A DNA stretch of 64,000 bases from positions 1 through 64,000 of the IMG/VR virus record IMGVR_UViG_3300037317_000025. One strand, given 5' to 3'. The notes under the pieces are model-generated. The model saw only the letters and a program-made list of their open reading frames with translations, made no database searches and was not told where the DNA came from. Of the stretch, positions 45,171-55,538 are shown piece by piece (position 1 is the first letter of the stretch; each line of letters starts with the position of its first letter). This DNA is from a virus. The position numbers were made by a program, and so were the translations under genes.

Positions 45171-46025
45171 ATGTCGGACTATGCAGGACAGGTGCTCGTG
45201 GACGCCGACGGGCTTGACGACTACCTGTGCGCTATCGGTCAGGTGTCGCTGCTCACTGCCGATCAGGAGATCGCCCTGGCGCAATGCATCGAGCAGGGCG
45301 ACCAGGACGCCCGTGATCATCTGGCAAACGCGAACCTGCGCCTGGTCGTGAGTGTTGCCAAACGGTACATCAGAACCGCCAACAAGTTGACCCTGGGCGA
45401 TCTGATCCAGGAAGGAAACATCGGTCTGTTGCGGGCCGTGGACAAGTTCGACTGGCGCAAGGGAAACCGCTTCTCAACCTACGCAACCTGGTGGATCAGG
45501 CAGGCGATCACCCGCGCCATAGCAGACCACAACACAACGATCCGTATACCTGTTCATATGCGCGAGCAAATCATAAAAATAAAAAAGGACTACTCGAATG
45601 AACTTGACTCGCCGGAGAAGATCGCCGCTGTCGCGGGTTGTGATTTGCCACGGGCACAGCGTATATCTGATGCGCTGCACATTCAACCGTATTCGCTGGA
45701 TATGGCGGCATACGATGACAGCAAGAAAAGTCCTTCCATTGGCGACCTGATTGCAGACACGTCTAACATCGAAGAGCACGTTGAACGCAACCTGGTATGC
45801 GAGCGAATACAACATGCCCTGGATGCCCTGCGCCGATACACACATGATGGCAAACGCAAGGCGCGCATTCTGGAGTTGCGCTTCGGATTGGATACCGGGC
45901 AGCAACAGACACTCGAACAGGTCGGGCGCGTGTTCGGTATTACCCGCGAACGCGCCCGCCAATTGGAAAGGGCGGCGCTGTCTGAAGTGAAGGAACTTTT
46001 GCCTGATTTAGAAGGAGTGTTTTGA
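45171..46025 (+). CDS. sigma-70 family (RpoD-like) RNA polymerase sigma factor
   Basis: [65 protein letters not shown]. Confidence 0.92.
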   Translation: MSDYAGQVLVDADGLDDYLCAIGQVSLLTADQEIALAQCIEQGDQDARDHLANANLRLVVSVAKRYIRTANKLTLGDLIQEGNIGLLRAVDKFDWRKGNRFSTYATWWIRQAITRAIADHNTTIRIPVHMREQIIKIKKDYSNELDSPEKIAAVAGCDLPRAQRISDALHIQPYSLDMAAYDDSKKSPSIGDLIADTSNIEEHVERNLVCERIQHALDALRRYTHDGKRKARILELRFGLDTGQQQTLEQVGRVFGITRERARQLERAALSEVKELLPDLEGVF

Positions 46026-46173
46026 TGGTTTCTATAGGGCACATGTCTATCGTCCCCAACCCTGGCACCGAAGCCGATCTGTTGCCAGAAACACAACTGG
46101 TGTTCCTCCTGGCGTTGGGCAAATACTTATTCGGGCCGTTTGAACCAACCGACAATCGAGAGGACACGGAACC

Positions 46174-46671
46174 ATGCGAATCCTTGGCATTGACCCAGGC
46201 AACCCGACAGGCGTCGTAATCCTGGATACGGAGCAGCAGAAGGTGGTGTATCACGAGACGTTTAGCGGGCGCACCACCACAGCGTTGCTTACGATTGCCC
46301 AACAACTCGAAACGGTATTCCGTAACCTGACCTATGATGTAGTGGCCGTCGAGAAGCCGCACGGCACCTACCACAACGCCTTGCGCTCGCTCAGTGAATA
46401 TGTCGGCGTGTGCCGCTATCTGGCGCACACCTACGGCAACAAGCCGCTTTATAAGGTGTCGCCCGCCGAGGGTAGGCAAACACTCACGGGTAAAGGTAAT
46501 GCCACAGCAGATGAGATGATCGACCATGCTCACTGGCGCTATGGGGCGGTTGTCGATGAACACGTCGCCCACGCGATTGGCTATGCCTTATGCGCCGAGT
46601 CGATGCTGTTGGAAGATATTCGCAAACAGCAGGCAAAGGCGAACAAGCGCAGAAAGAAGGTGTCCGCGTGA
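46174..46671 (+). CDS. ruvC: RuvC-like Holliday junction resolvase
   Basis: MRILGIDPG, VAVEKP, TGKGNA; C-terminal acidic residues look altered (EHVAHA). Confidence 0.7.
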   Translation: MRILGIDPGNPTGVVILDTEQQKVVYHETFSGRTTTALLTIAQQLETVFRNLTYDVVAVEKPHGTYHNALRSLSEYVGVCRYLAHTYGNKPLYKVSPAEGRQTLTGKGNATADEMIDHAHWRYGAVVDEHVAHAIGYALCAESMLLEDIRKQQAKANKRRKKVSA

Positions 46672-46745
46672 CCTGCCCTGATTGTTACTGGTCTGCCTAT
46701 TGTCGCCAGTTCGACCGATGTCATACTACAGGAGAACCGATACCC

Positions 46746-47402
46746 ATGACCATAGACGACCTGCTCACCCGTGTGCGCACGGGAACCAGCACGGAGAACG
46801 ATGCCCTGATGCTGCAATCGCTGCTGGCGCGTCCTGGATGCATCCTGTCCGCCGGGGAGATCGCCGACCTCTGCATGAGTGGCACGCCGATGATCGACCC
46901 CTACGTGTCCACGAAGGAGAGCCGCCTGAACGGTCGGCGGGTGCCCTCGTTCGGGCAGGACGAAGTGGGTTGCTCGATCCGTCCTGCCGACGAATGGCAG
47001 GTGTGTCAGCCGAACCTGGGACAGTTCACCATCGACGTATGCGAGGATGGAGCCAGCAAGGTACTGGTGCCGCACACCGGCCCATACGTTGACATTCCAC
47101 CCAACTCGTTCGTGCTGGCGCGCAGCATCGAACGCTTCATCATGCCGCCGGATGTGATTGCGCTGTCCGTTGGCAAGTCCACCTATCTGCGCGTCGGCAT
47201 CGATGCCCGCATATCGCCACTGGAGCCGGGTTGGGAAGGGCATCTTACGTTCGAGATCGCCAACCTAACCCCGTACCCCAGTAGGGTGTATGCAGGCGCG
47301 GGTATCACCCAACTTCTTTTCTTGCGCCTGGCGCGGGACGCCCGTCCGTATGTCGGACGCTACCAGGTTCAGCCCGCCGAGATTATACAGGCGAAGGTAT
47401 AA
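46746..47402 (+). CDS. dcd: dCTP deaminase-like protein
   Basis: IPPNSFVLARSIE.F.MP, GKSTYLRVGI, PLEPGWEGHLTFEI, GITQLLF. Confidence 0.8.
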   Translation: MTIDDLLTRVRTGTSTENDALMLQSLLARPGCILSAGEIADLCMSGTPMIDPYVSTKESRLNGRRVPSFGQDEVGCSIRPADEWQVCQPNLGQFTIDVCEDGASKVLVPHTGPYVDIPPNSFVLARSIERFIMPPDVIALSVGKSTYLRVGIDARISPLEPGWEGHLTFEIANLTPYPSRVYAGAGITQLLFLRLARDARPYVGRYQVQPAEIIQAKV

Positions 47403-47620
47403 GGAGCCGCCGTGTCTCACCTTGTTACCAGCAACGAATCACAGGCGATCAACGAAATCATCACCGTGTTAGCCGAAGCGCTCATTGCGCGCCGTGAACA
47501 GCGCAACCGCACGGCGACCTTGCTGGCCGAACTCGCCAGTCAACAGGACGCGACGGGGTGGCACGCCTGCCGTTCTGGATTGCGCGACGAGATCAGAGAA
47601 TTACTAGAGGAGGTTATATC

Positions 47621-48634
47621 ATGAGTAGTTTGCAGGTTTCTGTTGCCCTGATAGACCAGGTATTACCACACCCGAACGCGGACAGGCTGGAGATTGCCCA
47701 TGTCCTGGGCTGGCAGTGTGTGGTGCCAAAGGGCAAACACAAGGAAGGCGAGAAAGTCGTCTACTTCCCGCCTGACACCGTGCTACCGGAAGACGTATCG
47801 GACAGGTTCGGTGTGACGAAGTATCTGAGCAAGGGGCGCATCCGCTGCGCGAAACTCCGGGGCGAACCATCCTTCGGCCTGGTCGTTGAGCCTGATGCTG
47901 ATTGGCAGGTGGGCGCGAACGTAGCAGACGCCTATGGTGCTACGAAGTACGAGCCGCCCGTCCAGGTCACTGCCGGGGATGCGGCTCCCGATCACCCTCT
48001 CTTTGTGAGGTACACCGACATTGAGAACATGCGCAACTTTCCCGACATACTCGTTCCTGGTGAGCCCGTGGTCGTAACCGAGAAGATTCACGGCACGCAA
48101 TGCCGGGTCGGGATGATCGAGGGTGTAAAAATGGCAGGCAGCAAGGGACTGCGCCGGAAAGAGCCAGAGAGTTACGTCAGCAGCACCTACTGGTATCCCT
48201 GGACGCTGTCAGGGGTGCAAGGGATGTTGGCATGGTTGAACAGCCAGCATCGGCAGGTCATCCTGTTTGGGGAGGTGTTTGGCAAGAAGATGCAGAGCCT
48301 CGCCTACGGGCAGCAGGGGCTTGCGTTCCGTGCCTTCGATCTGCTGGCCAATGGGCAGTACATGGACTATCTGGACTTTCGCACGCTCTGCGAGGAGTAT
48401 GGGGTGCCAATGGTGCCGGTGTTACACGAAGGCAGTTTCTCGCTCCAGTCTGTTCGCCACGCCAGTGGCGGCAAGACGACGCTGATGGACGATAACGCAC
48501 ATATCCGTGAGGGCGTGGTGGTGAAGCCATTCAAAGAGCGCACCCACCCCGCTATCGGGCGCGTTATTTTGAAATATGTGAGCGACGAGTACCTGTTTGG
48601 TGCTGTTGCCGATGATGAGGTAAATGAACTATGA
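47621..48634 (+). CDS. RNA ligase (DRB0094/Rnl2-like)
   Basis: PHPNADRLE..V.GWQCVV, VTEKIHG (motif I), FGEVFG, FDL, REGVVVKP. Confidence 0.85.
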   Translation: MSSLQVSVALIDQVLPHPNADRLEIAHVLGWQCVVPKGKHKEGEKVVYFPPDTVLPEDVSDRFGVTKYLSKGRIRCAKLRGEPSFGLVVEPDADWQVGANVADAYGATKYEPPVQVTAGDAAPDHPLFVRYTDIENMRNFPDILVPGEPVVVTEKIHGTQCRVGMIEGVKMAGSKGLRRKEPESYVSSTYWYPWTLSGVQGMLAWLNSQHRQVILFGEVFGKKMQSLAYGQQGLAFRAFDLLANGQYMDYLDFRTLCEEYGVPMVPVLHEGSFSLQSVRHASGGKTTLMDDNAHIREGVVVKPFKERTHPAIGRVILKYVSDEYLFGAVADDEVNEL

Positions 48635-49752
48635 AACTCTCAGCCCTACAAGAAAACCTGAAGCACGCCCTGGCTACGGTGTCGCACGCCGTTGCCAGTA
48701 AAAGCCCGCTACCCGTCCTGTCAAACGTGCTGCTCCAGGCAGACGAGCACGGCCTGCACGTCGCTGCTACCGACCTGGAAATCGGCATGCGCCGCACCGT
48801 CCCGGCACAGGTTGAAGTCCACGGTAGCACCACCCTGCCCGCAAAACTATCCTCCGACGTGATCAATGGCCTGCCCAACGACAAGGTAACGCTCACCCTG
48901 GACACGGATACACAGACAGTCAAAGTGGAATGCGCCCGCTCAACCAGCAATATTCACGGGATTGCCGCTGAGGACTACCCGAAGCTGCCAGAAATGGCAA
49001 ACCAGCAGGGCAGCGTCACCTTGCCCGCGCCAACCCTGAAGCGAGCGATTGAGCAGGTGGCGTTTGCCGCAGCGAAGGACGAATCGCGCCCGGTGCTGGC
49101 TGGTGTGCTGGTGCGACTGAATGGCGACTGCATGACCCTGGCTGCCGCTGACGGGTTCCGGTTGGCGGTTAAGAAGATTGTCCTGCCCGAAGTGGTTACG
49201 GATGATCAGGTTGAGGTCATCATTCCCGCTCGCGCCCTGGACAACCTGGCACGGGTGCTGGGTGACGGCGACGTGACGCTCACCTGGAACGCCTTCACCC
49301 TACAGGCCACAACCGACGCAGCCGTGCTCTACAGCCGCCTGATCGACGGCAAATTCCCCGACTTCGAGCGTATCATCCCGCAGCAGCACACGACCCGCAG
49401 CGTGCTCGACGTGAAGGCGTTCCAACGAGCGCTGAAGCTGGCAACCCTGTTCGCCAGCGCCAGCCAGAATATTGTCAAGATCACGGTTGAACCCGGCAGT
49501 GACGAACCGGGTAAGCTGGTGCTTTCAGCGAACGCCGCCGAGGTGGGCGACAACGCCGGTGAAGTTGAGGCGATGGTCGAAGGCGACGGCGGGCAGATCG
49601 CGGTCAACTGCAAGTTCCTGGCCGACGCGCTGGCGGCGATGGGCACCGCGCAGGTGACGTTTGAACAACAGACCGCGCAGAACCCCGGCGTGCTTAAGCC
49701 GGTGGGCGAGGATGATTATGTGCATGTCGTTATGCCGATGACGATTCGGTAG
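48631..49752 (+). CDS. dnaN: DNA polymerase III beta sliding clamp
   Basis: LPVLSNVLL, ATDLEI, DESRPVLAGV, AADGFRLA, SRLIDGKFPDF, VVMPM. Confidence 0.95.
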   Translation: MKLSALQENLKHALATVSHAVASKSPLPVLSNVLLQADEHGLHVAATDLEIGMRRTVPAQVEVHGSTTLPAKLSSDVINGLPNDKVTLTLDTDTQTVKVECARSTSNIHGIAAEDYPKLPEMANQQGSVTLPAPTLKRAIEQVAFAAAKDESRPVLAGVLVRLNGDCMTLAAADGFRLAVKKIVLPEVVTDDQVEVIIPARALDNLARVLGDGDVTLTWNAFTLQATTDAAVLYSRLIDGKFPDFERIIPQQHTTRSVLDVKAFQRALKLATLFASASQNIVKITVEPGSDEPGKLVLSANAAEVGDNAGEVEAMVEGDGGQIAVNCKFLADALAAMGTAQVTFEQQTAQNPGVLKPVGEDDYVHVVMPMTIR

Positions 49753-49775
49753 CGACGGCACGTAAGGTAACACAA

Positions 49776-49810
49776 AGCCCCTGGTGCGATGCCCGGGGTT
49801 TTACTTTTTT
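49776..49810 (+). terminator. intrinsic terminator
   Basis: GCCCCTGG...CCCGGGGT followed by T-runs. Confidence 0.55.
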
Positions 49811-49928
49811 TGCCCTACTAAACTGCCGCTCCTGCGCCGCTTTAAAGAAATTGTCCTGCGTTCACTTGACAACCTCTTGACAAAACCGTATGATACGAAC
49901 AGCGTTCTATCAATAAAGGGGAGGGTTT

Positions 49929-50903
49929 ATGTTGGTACACGGCTTGAATGTCGGCCACGGATTTACCAAGTACGTGATATTGAACAAAGACGGGAGCGAG
50001 CACTGTTCGCTGGTGTTCCCATCGGCAATTGCCCACGCTGCGCCAGAACTGGCGGGCGCGATTGACAACGCGACGGTTACGGAACACGACGGGCAACAGT
50101 TCTGGACAGGTGAAGATGTGGAGATCGGATCGCCATTGACCGACCTGTCTGTCGGGCGACTCGAAGATGGCCGCTTTATCCCCGTGCTGGTACGCAGTGC
50201 ATTGCAACGTGCCAGCCTGAACGGTGCTGGTCCAGGCGTGTGCGTGACCGGGTTACCTGCGAACCAGGCCGAGGATATGGGCAAAGCCCAGGCGCTCGGT
50301 GCCCGCTTGCGCGAAGGCTCGGACAAGTTCACAGAGATTCGGGTGATCGCAGAGCCGCTCGGCTTGCTCTATTCCGCCCTACTCAACAGCACGGGGGCGG
50401 TCGTTGGCGATGAGGCGCTGGCGTCCGGGCGCGTGGGCGTCGTGGATATGGGGCATCTCACAATAGACGTGAGTGAGGTGCTGTGCAGGCGTCCGGTGAG
50501 TGGGTCACTGGACACCTGGGACATCGGCACAAGCAATCCACTAAGCGCATTGCGAAGCCTCCTCAGCAACTTCTCGCAGCGCAACCTGACGCTGCACGAA
50601 GCCGATCAAGCCATCCGCGAGAAAGCACTGAGGATACGTGGGCAACGGGTGACGTTGCCGGACGGATGGGACACGCCCCTATTGCGGCACGGCGAAACGG
50701 TGGCCGCCCGCCTGACCGAACGTTGGAGAAATGGCGCTCACCTGGACATTATTTTGATCGGCGGTGGCGGGGCGGAATTACCGCAACTAACCGACGCAAT
50801 CCAGCGCAAGTTTCCGCACGCTACCGTGGTCGCAGAGCCGCAAATGGCCGTTGCACGTGGCTATGCGTATCTGGCGCAGCGCATAGCAAAGGCGGGCAAA
50901 TGA
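49929..50903 (+). CDS. ParM/StbA-like actin ATPase
   Basis: GLNVGHGFTK, VTGLP, IAEPLG, VVDMGHLTID, IGGGG, AVARGY; TTGACA-17-TATGAT promoter upstream. Confidence 0.85.
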   Translation: MLVHGLNVGHGFTKYVILNKDGSEHCSLVFPSAIAHAAPELAGAIDNATVTEHDGQQFWTGEDVEIGSPLTDLSVGRLEDGRFIPVLVRSALQRASLNGAGPGVCVTGLPANQAEDMGKAQALGARLREGSDKFTEIRVIAEPLGLLYSALLNSTGAVVGDEALASGRVGVVDMGHLTIDVSEVLCRRPVSGSLDTWDIGTSNPLSALRSLLSNFSQRNLTLHEADQAIREKALRIRGQRVTLPDGWDTPLLRHGETVAARLTERWRNGAHLDIILIGGGGAELPQLTDAIQRKFPHATVVAEPQMAVARGYAYLAQRIAKAGK

Positions 50904-51205
50904 CAAAGGGGACGGTCTATGTGCGCATGACCGAGGCAATGCGTGCTGACCTGGAAAAGCACGGGCAATTGTCGGACGTGGTGCGCGGGGTGTTGCTGCT
51001 GGGCCTGCGCCAGATAGGTGAGGACATCTCGCCGCATCAGGGCGATCTGTACAACTCGCTCGCAGACTCCACGCTTTCCGACGCATTGCGCCGGGAACTG
51101 ACAACCCTGGCACAAACACCGCAACCGCAACCGCAGCAGGCACCGCCGCCCGCGCCCGCGAGCGACGACGGTGACGATTTTTGGGACGTAGGAATTAGCG
51201 TATAA
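50900..51205 (+). CDS. putative ParR-like adaptor (ribbon-helix-helix)
   Basis: ATGA-coupled to the ParM gene; TVYVRMTEAMRADL..LSDVVR N-terminus; acidic tail. Confidence 0.5.
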   Translation: MTKGTVYVRMTEAMRADLEKHGQLSDVVRGVLLLGLRQIGEDISPHQGDLYNSLADSTLSDALRRELTTLAQTPQPQPQQAPPPAPASDDGDDFWDVGISV

Positions 51206-51317
51206 TGGGCAGCGAATAATCAGGGCAACCCCTGGTGTGGTCGGACACACCAGGCGCGAGGAACACCACAGGACTGTTCCCGGTTGCCCAGCACACAGCA
51301 TACCACAGGAGGCAATC

Positions 51318-51932
51318 ATGAAGCATACACAGGCGCAGGAACGCGCCATCTACTTCTTTCGCGCTCTGGCCGAGCGCACGGGCGCGAACTGGACGGACGC
51401 AAACAGCCAGGACGTAGCCGACTGGATCACGATTATGGAACGCGAGATCGCCAGCAAGGTGGCACGTTCCATCGCACATAGTTTAACGCAGTCGCTCACC
51501 AATTTGTCACACGGCGGCGGCGATCTCCCTACGTTTAGCGACGCCGCACGACAGCAACCGGCGCAGAGTGACACACTTGACGAACTGCGTTCGATGCTGT
51601 TAGAACGCGACGGAACGCCTGCTGAGCCGGAACCTGAACCGCCTGCACAGCCTGCTGCTGTCACACAGCCGTTGCCCGTCCAACAGCAGACGCAGCGCTG
51701 GGACGTGCGCAGCACGAACGACATGCATCGCCTGGTGCAAGAAGTAACAGAAGCCCGTCGCGCCCTGCGCGAATATCGGGAAGGTGAACAACCGAACCCG
51801 AATGTCGAGCGCGGCCTGACTCGACTGGTAGAAGTTGCCGAGCGGGAACTGCACGACTACCAGCAGGCACGCGAAGCCCTGCTCGGTAGCACCTACGCCA
51901 CGAACTATGCACAGGAGGCGCAACGTGGATGA
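51318..51932 (+). CDS. hypothetical protein
   Basis: AGGAGG RBS; first gene of the membrane cluster. Confidence 0.55.
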   Translation: MKHTQAQERAIYFFRALAERTGANWTDANSQDVADWITIMEREIASKVARSIAHSLTQSLTNLSHGGGDLPTFSDAARQQPAQSDTLDELRSMLLERDGTPAEPEPEPPAQPAAVTQPLPVQQQTQRWDVRSTNDMHRLVQEVTEARRALREYREGEQPNPNVERGLTRLVEVAERELHDYQQAREALLGSTYATNYAQEAQRG

Positions 51933-53103
51933 TTACCGCTACTATGAGCTTGCAGAGCGCTATCGGCTCTATGTGGCCTCGCGTCGCATGCTGACGGTAC
52001 GCGACCTGCTGATCTTGTTTGTGTTGCTGTTCCTATTGTTGCAACACGGGAACAGTTTCCTGGCAAGTGTTCGCCCTGTGTTCGTTGGCATCCCCGCGCT
52101 GAATACGGCAAATCTGGCCGGGTTGTTCGCTGTTCCTGGGGGCGGTGTTCAGCGCGATATAACAGTCAAAGTAGACGGCGAGCCAGTCGGAACAGGAACA
52201 CCGCCAACCGCAGGCGACTACACCCTCAAGGCTGCGCCCAGCCTCACGCCGGAGCAGATCGACACCATCCTGGCCGACGCAGGCTCGCCTGCCGAGGGCA
52301 CCGGGCGCATCTGGCACGAGGAAGGAGTGAAGCGCGGCATTGACCCGGCGTTCGCCATCGCGTTCTTTATCCACGAGAGCAGCGCCGCCACGAACCCCGC
52401 TTGGGCCGGATGGAAGCCCGACGGCACCCACACGCATAATGTGGGCAATATCATCTGCGCGGGCTATCCAACCTGTTACGGACGTTTCCGTGATTATCCC
52501 TCGTGGCAGGCAGGTATTGCCGACTGGTATCGCCTGATTGATGACGAATATATTCAGGAGCGCGGCACCACCACCGTGGCGGAGATTATCCCGGTCTATG
52601 CACCTGCCTTCGAGAACGACGTTGATCTGTATGTCAAAACGGTTGAACGACTGGTCGATGGGTGGCGCGGTGGTGGTGAGCGACCTACTGGTTCGCCGCT
52701 CGGCGTTGCGCCTGTCGTGCTCACACAGGGCTACGCCGTGGGCACCCACGCGCCCGCTGCGACGTGGGGCGCAATTGACCTGGCCGTCGCGGGCGGGCCG
52801 GGTGCCACGCACGGGCAACCGATCTATGCGACCCACGCCGGAACCGTCACTATCACGCCCGATTCCTGGCCGGGTGGCAATCATGTCTGGGTGATGGGTG
52901 AAACCTACAGGACAGGCTACGCACACCTGGCGAGCTTTGTGGTGCAGGATGGGCAGGCGGTGCAGGCAGGCGCACAGATCGGCACCGTCGGCAGCACCGG
53001 CAAATCAAGCGGCCCGCACCTGGATTATCAAGTCTGGCAACGGCAGGGCGGGCAGTGGGTGAATGTCAACCCGTTGGATTATGGCGCACTGGAGGTAAGA
53101 TGA
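51925..53103 (+). CDS. membrane-anchored peptidoglycan hydrolase (glucosaminidase-like + M23 peptidase)
   Basis: TM LLILFVLLFLLL; GIDPAFAIAFFIHES; HAG, YAHL, GSTGKSSGPHLDY. Confidence 0.8.
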   Translation: MDDYRYYELAERYRLYVASRRMLTVRDLLILFVLLFLLLQHGNSFLASVRPVFVGIPALNTANLAGLFAVPGGGVQRDITVKVDGEPVGTGTPPTAGDYTLKAAPSLTPEQIDTILADAGSPAEGTGRIWHEEGVKRGIDPAFAIAFFIHESSAATNPAWAGWKPDGTHTHNVGNIICAGYPTCYGRFRDYPSWQAGIADWYRLIDDEYIQERGTTTVAEIIPVYAPAFENDVDLYVKTVERLVDGWRGGGERPTGSPLGVAPVVLTQGYAVGTHAPAATWGAIDLAVAGGPGATHGQPIYATHAGTVTITPDSWPGGNHVWVMGETYRTGYAHLASFVVQDGQAVQAGAQIGTVGSTGKSSGPHLDYQVWQRQGGQWVNVNPLDYGALEVR

Positions 53104-53900
53104 TGCAGGATTTTGAACTGGCCCGTGCCGAACAGCAGCAGTCGCGACACTACGCCCTGTTCGCGGGTACATTGGCACTGTCACTGGTGGGCTTGATCGC
53201 AATGGCGATGTCGGCCCTGCACTGGTGGCGGGTGCAATCGCACCTGACCAGCGACCCCATGATGGCAGCAACCTTCACAGCGATTATGGTGATTGCGCCG
53301 CCAGTGCTCACCGCGTTTGTCATCCCCTGGTCACCCGGCGGGATGCTACTCCAGAAGATCAACGCGCAGACCTGGGGCTTCTGGGTCATTGTGGCCTGCG
53401 CCGTGTTCCTGGTGCTCTATTCGTATGATACCCAGGTGCGCTGGTGGTCGGCACAACCCACTGTAGCCGAGGCAGGGGTCGCATGGCAGCAGGCACTTGT
53501 GGGGGTGGTTGGCTATATTATTATCCCCGCGCTGCTCTGGACACCCGTCACCTCTGGAGAACTGGTAGAACGCATTCAGCAAGATCGCCTGGTGCGCAAC
53601 CTCAAGCTGCAACTGAACGGCGAGGAAGCCATCCTGCGGGCGCGGCTCTTGCAAATCCAGCAGTACACACTTCACCAGGGAGCGCAGATGTTGGCCGAAC
53701 AGCAGCCTGACGTGCGGGTGGTGCTCAACGAACTGGTGTCGGGAATTGACGCGAATATGGCGGAGCTTGGCGGGAGTGTGCATCGCATGAGCGGCGTGAT
53801 GCTGCCGTACAAGAATATTGGCGACAATGACAGCACCCGCGCTTATCTGGACTATGTGGCCGAGGCGCTGGCGGGTCGGCGGAATCTTCTTGACCAATAG
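53100..53900 (+). CDS. multi-TM membrane protein
   Basis: About four hydrophobic segments then a helical domain. Confidence 0.6.
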   Translation: MMQDFELARAEQQQSRHYALFAGTLALSLVGLIAMAMSALHWWRVQSHLTSDPMMAATFTAIMVIAPPVLTAFVIPWSPGGMLLQKINAQTWGFWVIVACAVFLVLYSYDTQVRWWSAQPTVAEAGVAWQQALVGVVGYIIIPALLWTPVTSGELVERIQQDRLVRNLKLQLNGEEAILRARLLQIQQYTLHQGAQMLAEQQPDVRVVLNELVSGIDANMAELGGSVHRMSGVMLPYKNIGDNDSTRAYLDYVAEALAGRRNLLDQ

Positions 53901-53930
53901 TGGTATAATCACGAGAAACGAGGTGAATAG

Positions 53931-54401
53931 ATGACGGTTCGTTTTGCAAGCAGTGTACCAATTGATCGGCGGCGACTGGACACATTTCGGAAGCCGTTCC
54001 GTATCCTGTTCGGGGCCGTATTCCTGGGCTATACTGGCTATGCAGTGGCTTTATGGGTCCACGAGTTCACCGCGCCTGTGGTTGGTCCCGCAGTCGTGTT
54101 CTCGATACCGATAACCTACATGCTCGGTTTTTTGGCGGCACTGTTGATTATGGTGGCGGAATGGTATCTTGCCGAGTCGCGCTGGTACTGGTACGCCATC
54201 CCGTTTATCCCCGATGTCTGGTTCACCTACGATCTCACCGAGTCGTGGGTACGACTGTTTGTCGATGTTCACATGGCGGGGGAACCAGTGGGGATAATAC
54301 AGGGCGTGACAGTCGGGGTTTCGCTGCTCATTGCTGTTGTGTCGGCACGATTTGGAGAGATTTTATTATTCGGAAAACGCAGGAAGGATGGGCATCCATG
54401 A
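53931..54401 (+). CDS. multi-TM membrane protein
   Basis: Three to four hydrophobic segments. Confidence 0.6.
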   Translation: MTVRFASSVPIDRRRLDTFRKPFRILFGAVFLGYTGYAVALWVHEFTAPVVGPAVVFSIPITYMLGFLAALLIMVAEWYLAESRWYWYAIPFIPDVWFTYDLTESWVRLFVDVHMAGEPVGIIQGVTVGVSLLIAVVSARFGEILLFGKRRKDGHP

Positions 54402-55534
54402 CAGACCTTGAGGCATTCATCGGGGTAACGCTTTCGATCCTGGGGTTCCTGGCCCTGATCGTGGGGTATGGTCGCTTGCTTGACTGGTGGAATATCCGAC
54501 GCGGCATCGATCCCATAACCGGCGAACCCTTGCACGTACAAACACCGCCGAAGGATGTCTCGCCATCTGCTCCTGCCTCCACTCCTGTTCGTGTAACTTC
54601 GCCCACACCCACCGCGCCACCCATTGAACACATCACACCACTTGCCATTGCCCGCAGTGACAACATCCTGATTGTCGGCGGCAAGGGCAGTGGTAAGACC
54701 ACGCTCCTGCACGCGCTGTTGGCGTTGCGCGCAGGCGATCATCTGGTATTCGACCCGCACAACTACCCCGGCAAATGGCAGCATCAGGTGGTCGGTGGTG
54801 GCGGTGAGTATGAGGAGATACGCCAGTATCTTGATGAAGCGTCCCGCGAACTCAAACGCCGCCAGCAGCAACTTAACGAGGGGATAGTGACCGAAGGGCA
54901 ATTCCCGCACCTGACGCTGGTGGCCGACGAATGGCGGGCGATTGTCCAGGAGCTTGACGGAGCCGGGAAAGAGATCGCCCGGTTGCTGACGCAGGGGCGC
55001 AAATTCGGTATCGCGTTCCTCGCGGTGTCACACAACGACACCGTGGCCTCGCTGGGGGTGGCGGGCGATAAAGAAGCGACGATGGCCTCGTTCGACTGGA
55101 TCATCTACACGGGGGCGTTCGCGGCAAAACGGTGGCAACAGCGCGGGATTGACACGCCGAGCTTTACCACACCAACGGGCACCACCTCGCCGCTCTGGGT
55201 CGTGGCCCACAACACCGGCTCTGCGACTGACCACCTGCTCGATATGCGCAACCTGGACAAGTCACAACACAACGCACAGCCTCAGCAACAGGCCATTCTC
55301 CTGCCGTCGGTTGCCCTGGAATATACCGCACCTCCGCAGCCTGGCGCGCCAATCTGGACAGAGCACCACATCAAAGTAGCGCAATGGCTCGCGCAGGAGC
55401 CAGAGATCAGCAACCGTGAGATCGCCCGCCGCCTCTGGAATAGCAAAAGCGGTGGTGGTAACCTGGCAATGCAGGCGGGCGAGATTCGCCGCCAGGTCGA
55501 GGCGGCGATAACCGAACCGATCAGCCAGCCCTGA
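54398..55534 (+). CDS. membrane-anchored FtsK/HerA/VirD4-like P-loop ATPase with C-terminal HTH
   Basis: N-terminal TM; GGKGSGKT; LKRRQ; LVADE; QGRKFGI; ISNREIARRL. Confidence 0.7.
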   Translation: MTDLEAFIGVTLSILGFLALIVGYGRLLDWWNIRRGIDPITGEPLHVQTPPKDVSPSAPASTPVRVTSPTPTAPPIEHITPLAIARSDNILIVGGKGSGKTTLLHALLALRAGDHLVFDPHNYPGKWQHQVVGGGGEYEEIRQYLDEASRELKRRQQQLNEGIVTEGQFPHLTLVADEWRAIVQELDGAGKEIARLLTQGRKFGIAFLAVSHNDTVASLGVAGDKEATMASFDWIIYTGAFAAKRWQQRGIDTPSFTTPTGTTSPLWVVAHNTGSATDHLLDMRNLDKSQHNAQPQQQAILLPSVALEYTAPPQPGAPIWTEHHIKVAQWLAQEPEISNREIARRLWNSKSGGGNLAMQAGEIRRQVEAAITEPISQP

Positions 55535-55538
55535 CCGC

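Noticed and set aside
46174-46671. RuvC gene as a second CRISPR effector
   Set aside because: It is a 165-aa stand-alone resolvase-type protein with no zinc ribbon, recognition lobe or adjacent array.
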